A stretch of 64,000 nucleotides of DNA from Nitrospirales bacterium (GCA_039794325.1 JBDIVP010000001.1:6233-70232); one strand, 5' to 3'. Shown: positions 1 to 9,772, counted from the first letter of the stretch. Notes: generated by a model from the letters alone, not told the origin. A program made the numbers and translations.

Positions 1-135
1 ATGAGCTGATCAGCAATAAAGGTCTTGATTTGTCACTGCGGGTTGGTTGCTTGACGATCCCCGTCAGGATGGCCTCGGAACACCCAGCATAACGAACCGG
101 GTATTCCAAGGCAATTTCCCTGACCACTTGAATTC

Positions 136-2343
136 CTAATTGAACCGCCATTCAATGCCGGCAAATCCGCTGATGCCTTGGCCGGGATTAAAAAACCGGC
201 CTTGATTATCATTGACCACGACCGCTCCGGCATAGGTTTGATCCGTCAGGTTGCGCCCTTCGGCAAAAAAGGACAGGTTCTTCCCATAATTATACCCGGT
301 TCGAAGGTTGACGAGAAAATAGGCCGGGTTTTGAACGGTGTTCATAGAGTCAACATAAAACCCCGCCATGGACCATTCGAAATTGGGCGCAATCCAGAAA
401 CCGGCGGGGTGATCGTAGCGCATTTCGCCGTTGAAGTAGTGTTCCGGGGCTCCAGGAATCCGGTTGCCGTCTCTGGCCACCAATGCCCCCCCACCGACGA
501 CATCATCGGTGAATGTGAACAGTGACCAGGTGTAGGCCCCTCTGATTGTGACGGTATCGGTTTGGTCCTTGGGCCCGGGTGCCAGCAGTCCATGGGCAAC
601 GACCATGGCGCCGCCTACTTCGATTCCGGTATGTCTGGTGCCGCCGGCGTTTTGAAAGGTGCCGATATTATTGATGTTTGAGGCGATGATTTCTTTTTCC
701 ATTTCCAGGTGGAAGACCGTCAGATCCCAGGAAAAGCGCTGGTCTTCCGTGCTGCCGCGTGTGCCGAGTTCGAATTGCCAGGCGCGCTGGGCGTCAAGGT
801 CGAGAAAAGCGCTGGTTGGGACGGTGCCGTCGGGATTCACTGCTGAGGTCAACTCCAGGTTGATGGGCGGTTCGTAACCCCGGCTGACGTTCCCATACAG
901 TTGCGAGGTTTGAGTCGTCCGGTAGACAAACCCGACTTTGGGGGTGATGGCATTGAATTGCCGAAGGTCGGTCCGGCTGCTGGTCAAATCTCCGGTAAAC
1001 GGGCTGAACAGGAGGTTTCGCCCTTCCCGAATGCTCAGATCCCACCGGCCCCCGGCGACCAGGATAAAATTGTCGGTCACGCTGAATTGATTTTCCAGGT
1101 AGGTGCCGAAATTGGTCGTCCACAGATTCAAACTCTGCGTCTGGATGCCGCGATTACCCAGATTATTGACGAATCGCCGTTGATTGGTGTCCGCAAAACG
1201 GGGTTGATGCCCGATGATGAAAGTGTTTTCATGGCCGAACAATGAGTGGGTGTTGCCGTACCGTAGCTCTCCCCCCACGTTGTAATTGTCCTGAACGATG
1301 GTTTGAAAGATGGGATGATCTATATGCTGGTACGAATAATAGGGGATAATCTCGAAATATTGGTTGGCCGTGATGTCGTTGCGATAGGCCACCCCGACCC
1401 GTATGAGATTATAATACCGCCCATATTTGCAGGTCTGGTTGGGGCCGCAGGCAAAGGGACTGATACCCCCCAGGGTATTTGGTTGCCGCCGGTTGGTATT
1501 CAGTTGCTCCAGGGTCAAGGCGCCGGGTATGCGTTCGCCGACCACGCCCCCAAGGATATAGGCCCGAATTTCCTGATGAGTACCGATCTTGAACCCGAAA
1601 TTGGCGTTCAGCCGAAGGCGGTCTTGCTGGCTGTTGTCTTGGAAGCCGTCTTGATGGTTGCCGGACAAACTCACATAATAATCCGCGATGACATCCATCG
1701 TTCCGAGTTTCATGGGTTTGGTGACCTGCCCGCTTGAAACCTGTCCCGAATAGAAACCGAAGCTGCCTCCCAGAAAACGCATTTGGAGGAGTGAAGCATT
1801 GTAGCCGGTTCTCGGCACGAAGTTGATGGCGCCCCCGATGGTGTTGGACCCGTACCGGAGGGCGTTTGCCCCTTTATAGACCTCTATCCGTTCATAAGCA
1901 TTCAACTCGATGGATTCAAAATCGGAAAATCCGTCGGCATCCCCGAACCAGATACCGTTGATCAGAATATTGATGCCGCGATGGTGAAAGTTGTTCCGTA
2001 GGGAGGTGCCGCGAATCTGAAACTGGCCTTCGTCGGCACCGAAGCGCGTTTGGAATCGGACGCCGGGCACGAATTGCAGGACGTCATTTAAATTCAGGGC
2101 ACGCGATTCCTTGATCTCTCTTTCCTCGATCAGGGCGGTGCTGGCCGGCCGCCGGGCCAATTCCTCCTTCACGATATCGATGTTTTCAATGCGTTTGCCT
2201 TCCACGGTGACCATTGGGAGGGTTTCCACCGGTTCTTCGGAAAACCCAAGCGAAGGAAGAAGCAGGTTCAGGATCAATCCCCATAAAAGGCCCTTGGTCA
2301 GGTAGGGGAGGGTGTTCATGCGAGGCCATGTCGGAATGTTCAT
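136..2343 (-). CDS. TonB-dependent outer-membrane receptor
   Basis: 735-aa ORF. It has a hydrophobic signal-like N-terminus and a TonB-box/plug-like stretch (ETLPMVTVEGKRIEN). A long Gly/Tyr/Asn/Phe-rich beta-barrel-type sequence follows, ending in an aromatic strand (GIEWRFN). It is the last gene of a TonB/ExbB cluster. The substrate cannot be inferred. Confidence 0.9.
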   Translation of the reverse strand: MNIPTWPRMNTLPYLTKGLLWGLILNLLLPSLGFSEEPVETLPMVTVEGKRIENIDIVKEELARRPASTALIEEREIKESRALNLNDVLQFVPGVRFQTRFGADEGQFQIRGTSLRNNFHHRGINILINGIWFGDADGFSDFESIELNAYERIEVYKGANALRYGSNTIGGAINFVPRTGYNASLLQMRFLGGSFGFYSGQVSSGQVTKPMKLGTMDVIADYYVSLSGNHQDGFQDNSQQDRLRLNANFGFKIGTHQEIRAYILGGVVGERIPGALTLEQLNTNRRQPNTLGGISPFACGPNQTCKYGRYYNLIRVGVAYRNDITANQYFEIIPYYSYQHIDHPIFQTIVQDNYNVGGELRYGNTHSLFGHENTFIIGHQPRFADTNQRRFVNNLGNRGIQTQSLNLWTTNFGTYLENQFSVTDNFILVAGGRWDLSIREGRNLLFSPFTGDLTSSRTDLRQFNAITPKVGFVYRTTQTSQLYGNVSRGYEPPINLELTSAVNPDGTVPTSAFLDLDAQRAWQFELGTRGSTEDQRFSWDLTVFHLEMEKEIIASNINNIGTFQNAGGTRHTGIEVGGAMVVAHGLLAPGPKDQTDTVTIRGAYTWSLFTFTDDVVGGGALVARDGNRIPGAPEHYFNGEMRYDHPAGFWIAPNFEWSMAGFYVDSMNTVQNPAYFLVNLRTGYNYGKNLSFFAEGRNLTDQTYAGAVVVNDNQGRFFNPGQGISGFAGIEWRFN

Positions 2344-2464
2344 TGTTTTCTAACTCATCCTTTCCAACGCACATGAGTGGCTCATGAATCGGGCGGACAA
2401 AGCCATGGCTATGCCGGCGCCGGTATGGTTTTTTTTAAGACGGTGGTAATGTGTCGATGGACTA

Positions 2465-2758
2465 CTACAGGGGAGGGCCGCGGGAAGGGGTCGGTCGAGT
2501 GAAGTGGGGATGGGCGACCGCCGCTTCCAAGGAAACCGTTCCTGCCGCCATCATGACCGGTGTCAGGCGTGAAGGGGTCGTCGTGTCCGCGGCACCGGCT
2601 TTTGAACTGACTTGGCAGGCCCATGAGCAAAGTAGGGAATGGGCCATCGTGTGCGTCGAATGCTGATGGGACGAGGACTCCAGGGGAGCATGGGAGGCAA
2701 GGCAATAGGCGGCCATACTGGATAAGGCCAGATAGCAGACGACGATCGAAAGGGCCAT
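2465..2758 (-). CDS. small membrane-anchored His-rich CxWxC protein (paralogue B)
   Basis: 97 aa from the internal ATG at 2758 (MALSIVVCYLALSS...). It has one N-terminal hydrophobic helix, a His cluster (SHQHSTHTMAH), LCSWAC, and a C-terminal HFTR..SR.PP. It is collinear with the ORF at 6422-6730, which supports both being real genes. An alternative start at 2887 forms an ATGA overlap with the upstream 67-aa ORF. Confidence 0.55.
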   Translation of the reverse strand: MALSIVVCYLALSSMAAYCLASHAPLESSSHQHSTHTMAHSLLCSWACQVSSKAGAADTTTPSRLTPVMMAAGTVSLEAAVAHPHFTRPTPSRGPPL

Positions 2759-2883
2759 GTGTCGGAGTGGTCGGTGTTTCAGGAAGGAATCAGGGGTCTG
2801 GCGGTTCAGGGAATCATGGCAGCATGGTCGCAGCCAAGCCATGAACGGCTGAATGCCGGGGGGCCATGAATGTCGGATCCGGA

Positions 2884-3087
2884 TCATGCAAGTTCATCCG
2901 CAGGAGGCATGTCGAGAGAAAGAATGTGACCGTTGACGAACGCGTAGGTTTTTGGCGAAGAGGTTTCCGGCGAGGGATGGGGGGCTTCCGATGGCTCCAC
3001 CGTTCCCCAGGCGGGAGCCGTCAGCAAATGAAGCAGGAGGCAGCCAAGAAGAAAAGCTGATGGTTTTATCGTGAGCGGCCGAGCCAT
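2884..3087 (-). CDS. small secreted protein, hypothetical
   Basis: 67 aa with an ATG start. The N-terminus is signal-peptide-like (SAFLLGCLLLHLLTAPAWG) and the mature part is rich in Pro/Ser/Glu. It occupies the slot after exbB where exbD is normally found but has no ExbD-like features. Its stop overlaps the next ORF (ATGA). Confidence 0.35.
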   Translation of the reverse strand: MARPLTIKPSAFLLGCLLLHLLTAPAWGTVEPSEAPHPSPETSSPKTYAFVNGHILSLDMPPADELA

Positions 3088-3104
3088 CTTTGAGAATCTC
3101 TCGG

Positions 3105-3719
3105 CTAGGTTTCCATGGATACGGCCGGTTTTTCCGGTTTGCCGAAAATGGCCAAAAGTTGTGTGGCATATTGTTCGATCCGCTCGGTTTCCTGTTCAAC
3201 CCGCGAGAGAAAGTAGTTGTAAGGGATGAGGGTGACCACGGCGACGAAGATGCCCGCGGCGGTACAAATCAGGGCCTCGGCCACCCCGCCGGTGACGGCG
3301 TGCGGGTTGCCCAATCCCGATTCGGACATGATGCCGAAGGAATCGATCATGCCGATAATGGTTCCCAGCAGTCCCAGCAATGGCCCCAATGTAATGATGG
3401 TGTCCAGAATCGGTAACCGGGCTTTCAAATGCCCGATTTCTCGAATGCCCATGGCTTCCATGGCTGTGGACGGCTGGTGGGTCCGATGGACAATGCCGGC
3501 AGCCAGCACGTTAAGCGTGGGGTTTGGTTGTTGTTCGGCAAGGGCAAGGGCATCGGCGAATTTGCCTTGCTCGGCCAGCTTGATCATGCGGTCCGCGGAA
3601 CGGCCGAAGCTCAGGGATCGGTAGCGCCAGAGCCGTTCAATGGCGATGGTCATGGCCACCAGTGAGCAGGCCACGATGGGAGCCATCATCCATCCGCCGC
3701 GCATTAACATTTCAATCAT
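3105..3719 (-). CDS. exbB: MotA/TolQ/ExbB-family proton channel protein
   Basis: 204 aa with three hydrophobic helices. It carries the typical C-terminal ExbB/TolQ signature region (LGLLGTIIGMIDSF ... GGVAEALICTAAGIFVAVVTLIPYNYF). It lies adjacent to TonB-like genes. Confidence 0.9.
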   Translation of the reverse strand: MIEMLMRGGWMMAPIVACSLVAMTIAIERLWRYRSLSFGRSADRMIKLAEQGKFADALALAEQQPNPTLNVLAAGIVHRTHQPSTAMEAMGIREIGHLKARLPILDTIITLGPLLGLLGTIIGMIDSFGIMSESGLGNPHAVTGGVAEALICTAAGIFVAVVTLIPYNYFLSRVEQETERIEQYATQLLAIFGKPEKPAVSMET

Positions 3720-3738
3720 GTCTATTCCTTCCGCTGCG

Positions 3739-4614
3739 TTACTTATCCAGATCGAACTTCACGGGGATGTCGACCCATTTGGATATGGGAATATTTCCGT
3801 CCTTGGCCGGCCGGAATTTCCAGGTTTTTATGGCTTCCATGGCTGATTGATCCAATGAAGGATGGCCGCTGCTTTTCCGGATTTCGGTCTGGCTGGGTTT
3901 CCCTTCTTTATCGATCAGGGTCCGGACGATAACCGTCCCCGCCCATCCGGCTTCCCGTGCCACTCGAGGGTAAAGGGGTTTTGATGAAGCCAACAGGACC
4001 GGTTTTGTCGTGCCTCCCCCCGCAGACGAGGGAGGAGCGGCTTGTAGGGCCTGAGGCGCTTTGGACAGGGACGGGGGCAGAGCCGGAGCCATGGTTTGTT
4101 GCCTGTGAACCCGAGGCATGGGGGGAGGCACCATTGAGGCTTGCGGTGTCCGTGCCTGTGTTTGAGGGGGAGTCTGAAGCGATGGGCGGGAAGAGGACGG
4201 AGCCATTTTCATCATTTTCCGTGCTTCTAAAGCCTTGACCGCCCGTGAATCCTGCAGGACGGGTTTCTGCGCCGGCAAAGCCTGTGGTTGAGGTGTAACC
4301 GGTTGGGGACGTTGAAGAGTCGTGGGAACGGGCGGTGCCGGTTGAGGCGTCATTGGTCTGGAAAAAGGCATCGGAGGAGGAATTGCCGAGGGAACCGATG
4401 GTTGCATGGGTGTGGGAAGTGCCTGAGGGGTTGCCTGTTCCTGCACGCCCGGGACCAGTTGGACTTGAACTCTTGCCGGTGCGTCATCAATTGCCGGGGC
4501 TTTGGGAGAGAGCGTCAGTAATGCGAGGATCAGACCATGAAGCGCGATGCTTCCCAGGGCGCTCAACGCCAGGATACGATTGGTTGCGGGCTCATAGGGA
4601 AGCGCAAGATTCAT
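3739..4614 (-). CDS. tonB: TonB family protein
   Basis: 291 aa. It has an N-terminal anchor helix, a long Pro-rich spacer (PQPAPPVPTTLQRPQPVTPQP...) and a TonB C-terminal domain (YPRVAREAGWAGTVIVRTLIDKEGKP...KFRPA). An ATGA overlap couples it to the upstream TPR gene. Confidence 0.9.
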   Translation of the reverse strand: MNLALPYEPATNRILALSALGSIALHGLILALLTLSPKAPAIDDAPARVQVQLVPGVQEQATPQALPTPMQPSVPSAIPPPMPFSRPMTPQPAPPVPTTLQRPQPVTPQPQALPAQKPVLQDSRAVKALEARKMMKMAPSSSRPSLQTPPQTQARTPQASMVPPPMPRVHRQQTMAPALPPSLSKAPQALQAAPPSSAGGGTTKPVLLASSKPLYPRVAREAGWAGTVIVRTLIDKEGKPSQTEIRKSSGHPSLDQSAMEAIKTWKFRPAKDGNIPISKWVDIPVKFDLDK

Positions 4615-5681
4615 GACTTCATCCGCTCCAGCAATTTCACGATCCGTTGGTCATTGCCCCCTAGCTTGACGTATTCCTGGTAATAATTCATGGCTTTTTG
4701 CGGGGCATTCCGATGAAATTCGTACAGGAGTCCCAGATTGTAATGGCAATCGGGCAAGGCCGGATTGATCTCCAGAGCGGTCAAATAGGCTTGTTCCGCC
4801 TGATCAACCTTTGCCATGGCGGCATAGACTACTCCCAGATTGATATGGGCTTCCGCATTTCGCGGTTCAAGGCGAATGACCTGTTCAAAGGCTTCGGCCG
4901 CCTGCTGGTAGTCCTCCTGTTGTTGATGCAGAATGCCCAACTGGAAATACGGTTCGACCACTTCGGTGTTCAGTTTGACGGCCTGCCGGTAGGCCTTGAT
5001 GGCCTTGTCGATTTGGTCCTGCTGCTGGGCAATGGAGCCTGCCATGATCCATCCATGAGCATGGGATGGATCATTGGCCAGCAAACGGTCTACGTAGGGT
5101 TGGGCCTCTTTCAGTTTACCTTCTAACGTCAGCCAGAAAGCCACGCCATAGAGAGATTCCGTTTGATCGGGAGCCAGTTCCAGCACCGCCTGATGGGCCG
5201 TGATGGCCTTAGCGGGATTTTGAGTCTGGTCATGCAGAGATGCCAGGGCCATACGGGATTCCAAAAAATTTGGATAAAGTTCCAATGATTTGGTGAAGGC
5301 GCTTTCGGCCTCGCGGAGACGGGCGGTTTGTTGATGGACATATCCCAAATCCAGAAACGCTTGGGCAAACGCGGGATAGGCCTCCACGGCTTTTTGCAGG
5401 TGTCGAACCGCCTGATCCGGTTTCCCGGTCTGAGAATAAATCAGGCCAAGCAGGTGATGTGCTTCGGCATAACGGGGATAAATGGCAATGGCCTTTTCCA
5501 GGTGGGACACTGCCGGATCCCATTGTTGGGCCTGATAGGAGCCATAGGCTTTTCCCAGGAGATCCTGGGCCTCTCCGGCGAAAGTCGCCGGAGCAAGGAA
5601 TGTCAGGCAAAGCATAAAAGAGGCGATGGTGGCTGCAATACATGGTTTGGGAGATGATAAAGGTTTCATGATTCTGTCCAT
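4611..5681 (-). CDS. TPR-repeat protein, exported
   Basis: 356 aa with a signal-like N-terminus. It contains repeated 34-aa TPR units (A..Y..AL...P....A...LG.....G....A). It lies between the two TonB-like genes. Confidence 0.85.
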   Translation of the reverse strand: MDRIMKPLSSPKPCIAATIASFMLCLTFLAPATFAGEAQDLLGKAYGSYQAQQWDPAVSHLEKAIAIYPRYAEAHHLLGLIYSQTGKPDQAVRHLQKAVEAYPAFAQAFLDLGYVHQQTARLREAESAFTKSLELYPNFLESRMALASLHDQTQNPAKAITAHQAVLELAPDQTESLYGVAFWLTLEGKLKEAQPYVDRLLANDPSHAHGWIMAGSIAQQQDQIDKAIKAYRQAVKLNTEVVEPYFQLGILHQQQEDYQQAAEAFEQVIRLEPRNAEAHINLGVVYAAMAKVDQAEQAYLTALEINPALPDCHYNLGLLYEFHRNAPQKAMNYYQEYVKLGGNDQRIVKLLERMKS

Positions 5682-5689
5682 TCCTGTTG

Positions 5690-6304
5690 TTATTGGTGCA
5701 AATCAAATTTCACGGGAAGGTTCACGACGGACGAAACGGGAAAATTCCCGTTTTTGGCCGGCTCGAATGTCCAACGCTTGACGGATTGAACCGCCGAGGA
5801 GTCGAGCAGGGGATACCCCGAGCTTTTTTTGACGTCGGCCTGCAACACCTGACCTTCAGCATCGATGGTGAGAGTCAGGAGCACGACTCCCTGCCATCCT
5901 TGTTCCCTGGCCTGTCTGGGAAATGGGGGGCGTTCAGCACGCAGAGGTTTGACCGGGGTGGTGACTCTGCCGGGCTCCGTTGACTGATCCAGAATCACGA
6001 TGGGTTTGCGGTTCGGGGAATCCCGTTCAGCCGCAAGGAGGTGCTTGGGCAACTCGGGAGTGAGGATTCCTTGGGGGAGGGAGGGGAGCATCGGCCATCT
6101 CGGAATTGGAAAGACAATATTCCGTGTGTCTTGCTCAACCGTAGTACTGGTGATTTCGATCATGTCCAGAGTTTCGATATCCTCATCGGGTTCCGCCGAA
6201 TGAGCGGGCATTAAACCGGTGGCCAAAAGCCAGAGCAGCGTCATTCCCACCGAAGAAAGTACAGGTCGTACCAACGGATCTATGGCAGGCATTGTTGATG
6301 GCAT
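5690..6304 (-). CDS. TonB C-terminal domain protein (second TonB-like paralogue)
   Basis: 204 aa with an N-terminal hydrophobic segment. The C-terminal region (FPRQAREQGWQGVVLLTLTIDAEGQV...KRWTFEPAKNGN) closely parallels the C-terminus of the ORF at 3739-4614. Confidence 0.8.
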   Translation of the reverse strand: MPSTMPAIDPLVRPVLSSVGMTLLWLLATGLMPAHSAEPDEDIETLDMIEITSTTVEQDTRNIVFPIPRWPMLPSLPQGILTPELPKHLLAAERDSPNRKPIVILDQSTEPGRVTTPVKPLRAERPPFPRQAREQGWQGVVLLTLTIDAEGQVLQADVKKSSGYPLLDSSAVQSVKRWTFEPAKNGNFPVSSVVNLPVKFDLHQ

Positions 6305-6421
6305 CCCACTTCTGATTCTCGTGAATGCTTATGAATGTCCGGTCTGACCCCAACTCCGGAGTTGGGATCCGAACCTTCATTTATTGAATGTGTACAAATC
6401 GAAAGCCGTGAACGGGAACGT

Positions 6422-6730
6422 TCAAACGTTGAAGGGAAGAGTGGGAGGGGCGCGTGAGGCATGCAGTCGTGTGAAATGCCGTGAAAGAGGAAGAACCGGG
6501 GAAATGTGTGCTTCGGTCAATCGTGGGAGAAACTTCGGAGTGAAGGTCGGGGAGTCCGTCAGGACGCTTTGTGCCGCCTTGCACATCCATCCGCAAATTC
6601 CTGTGTTATGAGTAGCGGCATTGTGTTGGGCATGGTCTGCGGCATGGGTTACCATTCCCACATGCATGGTTCCCATCAGAAAGACCATTATGCAGAATAG
6701 GCTGACCGCGATTGATCGTTGGTAAGGCAT
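6422..6730 (-). CDS. small membrane-anchored His-rich CxWxC protein (paralogue A)
   Basis: 102 aa with an ATG start. It has an N-terminal helix (SIAVSLFCIMVFLMG), a His cluster (THAADHAQHNAATHNT), ICGWMC, and a C-terminal HFTRLHASRAPP. It is collinear with the ORF at 2465-2758. It is the first gene of the TonB cluster. Confidence 0.55.
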   Translation of the reverse strand: MPYQRSIAVSLFCIMVFLMGTMHVGMVTHAADHAQHNAATHNTGICGWMCKAAQSVLTDSPTFTPKFLPRLTEAHISPVLPLSRHFTRLHASRAPPTLPFNV

Positions 6731-6805
6731 CAGAAATGGTGGAAAAAAGCTAATAAAAACAATCTATCACATGGTATGAAAAGCAGCTGTATGGTGTCAA
6801 GCAAA

Positions 6806-6847
6806 GGGAATGGGATGATGAATCTGTAAGATGGGAATAGGATGATG
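6806..6847. promoter_or_regulatory. 15-nt direct repeat pair in the divergent TonB-locus/secA promoter region
   Basis: GGGAATGGGATGATG (6806-6820) and GGGAATAGGATGATG (6833-6847) differ at one position and are spaced 27 nt start to start. They sit in the AT-rich 320-nt divergent intergenic region. Any operator function is only inferred. Confidence 0.3.
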
Positions 6848-7051
6848 GTGCCGATTATAGGGAGTTTTAGCCGGTGTGAGGGGAATCAGCTCATTTAGGT
6901 TGTGTCCCCGGTTGATTCACGATACTATTTCGGTATACTAGTGATTCCAAAAACAGAGGGATTCAGACGAGCGATACGTTTCATCCATTTTGACCTATTA
7001 TCTTCTTGATCCTTCCCATCGTTTTCCCATCTCTCAAGGTGTAATCACACG

Positions 7052-9772
7052 ATGTTTGCTCGCCTTTTGAATATACTCTTCGGCAGTAAAAACGAACGGG
7101 AATTGAAGGCTCTCAAGCCGAAGGTTTCCCAAATCAATGAATTGGAAGCCTCTTTGCTGCCGCTCGACGACCAGGGTCTGGCGGAAAAGACGCAGACATT
7201 CAAAAAACGCCTTGAAGCAGGGGAGTCGCTTGACGCCTTGTTGCCGGAAGCCTTTGCGGTCTGCCGGGAAATGTCCAAGCGGCGACTGGGTATGAGGCAT
7301 TTTGACGTGCAGTTGATCGGAGGGATGGTGCTCCACCAGGGCCGCATTTCCGAAATGCGAACGGGTGAAGGAAAAACGCTGGTGGCAACCCTTCCTATTT
7401 ATTTGAACGCCCTGGAAGGCAAGGGTGTGCATCTGGTGACGGTCAACGACTACCTGGCCAAGCGGGATGCCCAATGGATGGGCCCACTGTATCATAGTTT
7501 GGGCTTGTCGATCGGCATCATTCAGCATGATGCCTCGTTTATGTTCGATCCGGCCTACGATGCTCCCGACAAACGATTGCAATTTTTACGGCCCTGTACC
7601 CGTCAGGAAGCCTACGGGGCCGATATCACCTATGGCACCAACAACGAATTCGGATTTGACTATCTCCGGGATAATTTGATTGTCACGGATTTGCGTCAGG
7701 GCGTGCAGCGGGAATTGAATTTCGCCATCGTCGACGAGGTGGACAGTATTTTGATTGATGAGGCGCGGACGCCGTTGATTATTTCCGGGCCGGCTGAACA
7801 GAGCACCGACATGTACCATCAGGTCGACCGGATCATTCCGCATCTCAAACGGGACCAGGATTATACAGTTGAGGAAAAAACCAAGACCGTCACCTTGACG
7901 GAAGAAGGCAACGCCCATGTCGAGGAACTGCTGGGCGTGGATAATCTGTATGATCTTCGCCATCTGAGCCTGGTACACCATGTCATCAAAGCCCTTCAGG
8001 CGCATGTGTTGTATCGGCGGGACGTGGAATACGTGGTGAAGGACGGGGAGGTCATTATCGTCGATGAATTTACCGGACGCCTGATGCCGGGACGTCGCTG
8101 GAGCGATGGGTTGCATCAGGCTGTGGAAGCCAAGGAAGGGGTGAAAATCGCCAATGAAAATCAAACCCTGGCTTCGGTGACCTTTCAGAATTATTTCCGC
8201 ATGTACAAGAAATTGGGAGGCATGACCGGGACGGCGGATACCGAAGCCTCGGAATTCGCGAAAATTTATAATCTGGAAGTCAACGTGATTCCCACCAATC
8301 GCCCGATGGTCCGTATTGATCACCCCGACGTGGTGTATCGAACGGAAAAGGAGAAGTTTCAGGCGATTGCGGACGAGATCAAGGAATATGCGGAGCGTGG
8401 GCAGCCGGTTCTGATCGGGACCATTTCCATTGAGAAATCGGAGCGGCTGTCTACGATGTTGAAGCATCGCGGCGTGAAGCATCATGTCCTAAATGCCAAA
8501 TTCCATGAAAAGGAAGCCGAGATCATCGCGCAAGCCGGACAAAAAGGCGCCGTGACTATCGCCACGAACATGGCTGGTCGTGGTACCGATATTCTACTTG
8601 GAGGAAACGCCGAAGCCCTCTTCAAGCAGCAGGTCATCTATCGGGGAGAAGACCTGACCGAAGAGCAAAAGGCCGAAGCCTTTGAAACCATCAAAGCCAC
8701 CTGTGAGGCCAACAAAAGAGAGGTTCTGGACTTGGGCGGGTTGCACATTGTCGGGACCGAGCGTCACGAAAGCCGCCGGATCGACAATCAGCTTCGCGGC
8801 CGGGCCGGCCGGCAGGGTGATCCCGGGTCTTCCCGCTTTTTCCTGTCCCTCGAGGATGATCTTCTCCGGATTTTTGCCTCCGAACGGGTCTCCAATTTGA
8901 TGTTGAAGTTGGGCATGGAGGAGGGAGTGCCGATCGAGCATCGGATGGTAACCAAATCCATTGAGAATGCCCAGAAAAAGGTGGAAGCCCACAATTTTGA
9001 AATCCGAAAACACCTGCTGGAATATGACGATGTCATGAATAAACAGCGGGAAGTCATTTATAAGCATCGGCAATCGGTGCTGAAAGCCACCGACGTCACC
9101 GAAGATATTCTTGGCATGATCGAGCAGGCGGGAGAGGCCCTGGTGGATACCTTCTGCCCTGCCGAGCAATATGCGGAAGAATGGGATTTGAAGGGATTGG
9201 CCGAGGCGATTCAAGGGCAGTTCGGGGTGGACCTCATCCAGCCTGATGACATGAAGGATATGGGTCGGGAAGGTCTTCAGGAGGAAATCAGCGAGAAATT
9301 AAAGGGCGCCTATCAAGACAAGGTCCAGAGTCTGATCCAGGACCAGGGGGCGACACCCGACCTGATTCATTACGTGGAGCGGACGATCCTGTTGCAAATG
9401 ATCGATCAGCACTGGAAGGATCATTTGTGGGGAATGGATCAGCTGAAGGACGGGATCGGGTTGCGCGGATACGGTCAAAAGGATCCGCTGGCCGAATATA
9501 AGCGCGAAGGCTATGACATGTTTGCCGGGATGATGACCCGAATCAAGAATGATACGCTGGAACGCCTGTTTAAATTTCAACTCGTCAGGGGTGAACGTCC
9601 GGAGCCTGAGCCCGAAGCTCCCCGGCCGGCCCAGCTGAATCTGAATCGCGGAGCGGATTCCGCTTCAGCCGAACGGCCGCGAACAGTCCAACGGGTTGAA
9701 GAAAAAGTCGGTCGGAACGACCCTTGCCCATGTGGCAGCGGCAAAAAATATAAAAAATGTCATGGGGCGTAA
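7052..9772 (+). CDS. secA: preprotein translocase ATPase SecA
   Basis: 906 aa with full-length SecA-type sequence ([14 protein letters not shown] Walker A; [19 protein letters not shown]). It has the C-terminal zinc-binding tail [14 protein letters not shown]. Confidence 0.98.
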   Translation: MFARLLNILFGSKNERELKALKPKVSQINELEASLLPLDDQGLAEKTQTFKKRLEAGESLDALLPEAFAVCREMSKRRLGMRHFDVQLIGGMVLHQGRISEMRTGEGKTLVATLPIYLNALEGKGVHLVTVNDYLAKRDAQWMGPLYHSLGLSIGIIQHDASFMFDPAYDAPDKRLQFLRPCTRQEAYGADITYGTNNEFGFDYLRDNLIVTDLRQGVQRELNFAIVDEVDSILIDEARTPLIISGPAEQSTDMYHQVDRIIPHLKRDQDYTVEEKTKTVTLTEEGNAHVEELLGVDNLYDLRHLSLVHHVIKALQAHVLYRRDVEYVVKDGEVIIVDEFTGRLMPGRRWSDGLHQAVEAKEGVKIANENQTLASVTFQNYFRMYKKLGGMTGTADTEASEFAKIYNLEVNVIPTNRPMVRIDHPDVVYRTEKEKFQAIADEIKEYAERGQPVLIGTISIEKSERLSTMLKHRGVKHHVLNAKFHEKEAEIIAQAGQKGAVTIATNMAGRGTDILLGGNAEALFKQQVIYRGEDLTEEQKAEAFETIKATCEANKREVLDLGGLHIVGTERHESRRIDNQLRGRAGRQGDPGSSRFFLSLEDDLLRIFASERVSNLMLKLGMEEGVPIEHRMVTKSIENAQKKVEAHNFEIRKHLLEYDDVMNKQREVIYKHRQSVLKATDVTEDILGMIEQAGEALVDTFCPAEQYAEEWDLKGLAEAIQGQFGVDLIQPDDMKDMGREGLQEEISEKLKGAYQDKVQSLIQDQGATPDLIHYVERTILLQMIDQHWKDHLWGMDQLKDGIGLRGYGQKDPLAEYKREGYDMFAGMMTRIKNDTLERLFKFQLVRGERPEPEPEAPRPAQLNLNRGADSASAERPRTVQRVEEKVGRNDPCPCGSGKKYKKCHGA

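Noticed and set aside
1-135. A partial gene at the left window edge (ORF 33-233, minus strand).
   Set aside because: The ORF overlaps the 3-prime end of the receptor gene in another frame and reads as low-complexity sequence. Nothing can be assigned to the first 135 nt.
2884-3199. Whether the ORFs after exbB (2884-3087, or the overlapping 2894-3199) could be a divergent ExbD.
   Set aside because: The 67-aa product is too short. It lacks an acidic residue in its hydrophobic segment and has no ExbD-like periplasmic domain. The 2894-3199 frame overlaps the 3-prime end of exbB and reads as low-complexity sequence.
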